Source of the DNA: Candidatus Liptonbacteria bacterium
Lineage (GTDB): Bacteria > Patescibacteriota > Minisyncoccia > UBA6257 > JACOXY01
DNA: 64,000 nt
Direction of reading: 5' to 3'
Assembly: GCA_016182095.1 (NCBI GenBank)
Contig: JACOXY010000011.1
Span: 3,794-67,793 of the forward strand
Shown here piece after piece: positions 62,699 through 64,000 of the stretch. Positions within the stretch are counted from its first letter, which is position 1; every line of letters starts with the position of its first letter. The notes under the pieces are model-generated. The model ran no database searches, was not told the DNA's origin, and saw only the letters and a program-made list of their open reading frames with translations. Position numbers and translations under genes: made by a program.

Positions 62699-64000
62699 TT
62701 AATTGTTATTTTTATACAAAATAAAATTATCAAGCACCAACAAATCCATTTCGCTTTTTGAAAATGTGTTGTGAGCATTTTCGGGACTTGCCACAATCGG
62801 CTCTCCTTTTAAATTGAAAGAGGTATTCAAAACAATCGGAGTCCCAGTTTTATTATAAAAGGCATTGATTAATTTCCAATACCGAGGACTTTCTTCTTTG
62901 AAAACCACCTGTAATCTGCCGGTTCCATCAACGTGTGTAATCGCGGGCACTTCTTTTCTTTTTTCCTGCTTTACATGAACTACATAAAGCATAAAGCGGG
63001 CAGGGTAATGCTTGGCCGCTTCCGTGATATCAAAATATTCTTCCACTTTTTCTGCGAGCACGGAGGGGGCGAAAGGCCGGTACGGCTCTCTAAATTTTAT
63101 TTTGGTATTTACTATGTCTTTCATTTCTTCTCGGCGCGGATCTGCCAAAATAGAACGATTCCCCAGCGCTCTCGGCCCCCATTCAAATTTGCCCTGAAAC
63201 CAGCCGACAACTTTTCCTTTCGCAATTTCTCCGGCTACTCTATCAATCAAATCATCTTCGCTCTTAAAGTGCTCTGCTTTTAAATTATTATCCCTTATAA
63301 ATCTGCCGATTTCTTCTTCAGAATAAGCTTTGCCGTAATAGGCATGCTTCATTACAAAATTCCTGCTTCCCCCCAATAAAGAATGGGCCAAAAGGGCCGC
63401 CCCAAGCGCCCCCCCGGCGTCACCGGCTGCGGGCTGAATAAACATTTCTTTAATATGAGTCCCCTTTAACACTTTCCAGTTGGCTACGGAATTTAAAGCC
63501 ACGCCGCCTCCCAGGCAGATGTTTTCACAACCGGTAACCTTATAAGCTTCTTCCGTGAGTTTCATCATTGCCTCTTCGGTCAGTTTTTGAATTGAAGCCG
63601 CAATGTCCGCATAATACTCCTGTCTTTCAGCTTCCTCCTGGAACTTGGATCCGGCCGGTTTATCTCCAAAATAACTAGGCCACCCGGTATCGCGCGTAAA
63701 AAATTTTGACTTGGGATTTCTCGGGCTTCCGAAAAGTTGAATAAATTTTTTGGAAAAAGTCCGCGAGTTTGAGCGGAAAAAGGAAAAGTAACCAAGCTTT
63801 AGGGCGTAAGATCCGTCATCATAAAATTTCATCAGCTCTTTCGCCTTATCTATATATTTTGGCTTGCCATAAGGAGCCATCCCCATAACTTTGTACTCTC
63901 CTTCGTTTACCTCAAAACCCAAAAAAGCTGTAAATGCCGAGTATAGCAGTCCCAAAGAATGGGGAAAGTTGATCTCTTTGATAAATCTGATTTTATTCCC
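62699..64000 (-). CDS. NodU/CmcH family O-carbamoyltransferase (5'-truncated by window edge)
   Basis: Frame open to 64000; FPHSLG, EYKVMGMA, GPRALGNRSIL, LNTSFN. Confidence 0.95.
   Translation of the reverse strand, partial: GNKIRFIKEINFPHSLGLLYSAFTAFLGFEVNEGEYKVMGMAPYGKPKYIDKAKELMKFYDDGSYALKLGYFSFFRSNSRTFSKKFIQLFGSPRNPKSKFFTRDTGWPSYFGDKPAGSKFQEEAERQEYYADIAASIQKLTEEAMMKLTEEAYKVTGCENICLGGGVALNSVANWKVLKGTHIKEMFIQPAAGDAGGALGAALLAHSLLGGSRNFVMKHAYYGKAYSEEEIGRFIRDNNLKAEHFKSEDDLIDRVAGEIAKGKVVGWFQGKFEWGPRALGNRSILADPRREEMKDIVNTKIKFREPYRPFAPSVLAEKVEEYFDITEAAKHYPARFMLYVVHVKQEKRKEVPAITHVDGTGRLQVVFKEESPRYWKLINAFYNKTGTPIVLNTSFNLKGEPIVASPENAHNTFSKSEMDLLVLDNFILYKNNN

Noticed and set aside
1176-63795. Numerous short antisense or alternative-frame ORFs in the track
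   Set aside because: They are shadows of well-supported genes, with no motifs or expression signals.

Overview
The window is a roughly 60-kb surface-glycan biosynthesis island, mostly on the minus strand, in standard code 11. Gene content and leaderless sigma70-type promoters suggest a Patescibacteria/CPR (Parcubacteria-like) genome; this is inference. It encodes many GT2/GT4/GT-C-like transferases and a GDP-heptose pathway (GmhA fusion, HddA, HddC, two GmhB, a Cj1427-like oxidoreductase, three Gmd-like dehydratases, two ColD-like PLP enzymes). It also encodes a split transketolase, a B12 radical SAM enzyme, two NodU-type carbamoyltransferases and a broken Gfo/Idh/MocA gene. The most unusual signal is a dense layer of small repeat DNA: inverted 7-/8-mer arrays, perfect 28-34 bp palindromes, 30-bp double-hairpin units, REP-like 18-mers and a 275-bp inverted-repeat-bounded element. 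These occur as empty and filled versions within the window and nest inside one another. They bracket small cargo genes (a four-helix-bundle gene, an ArsR-like HTH gene) and sit in frame inside at least seven enzyme genes. No transposase, recombinase, reverse transcriptase, rRNA, tRNA or CRISPR array is visible. Product calls come from motif recognition only; no database search was run.
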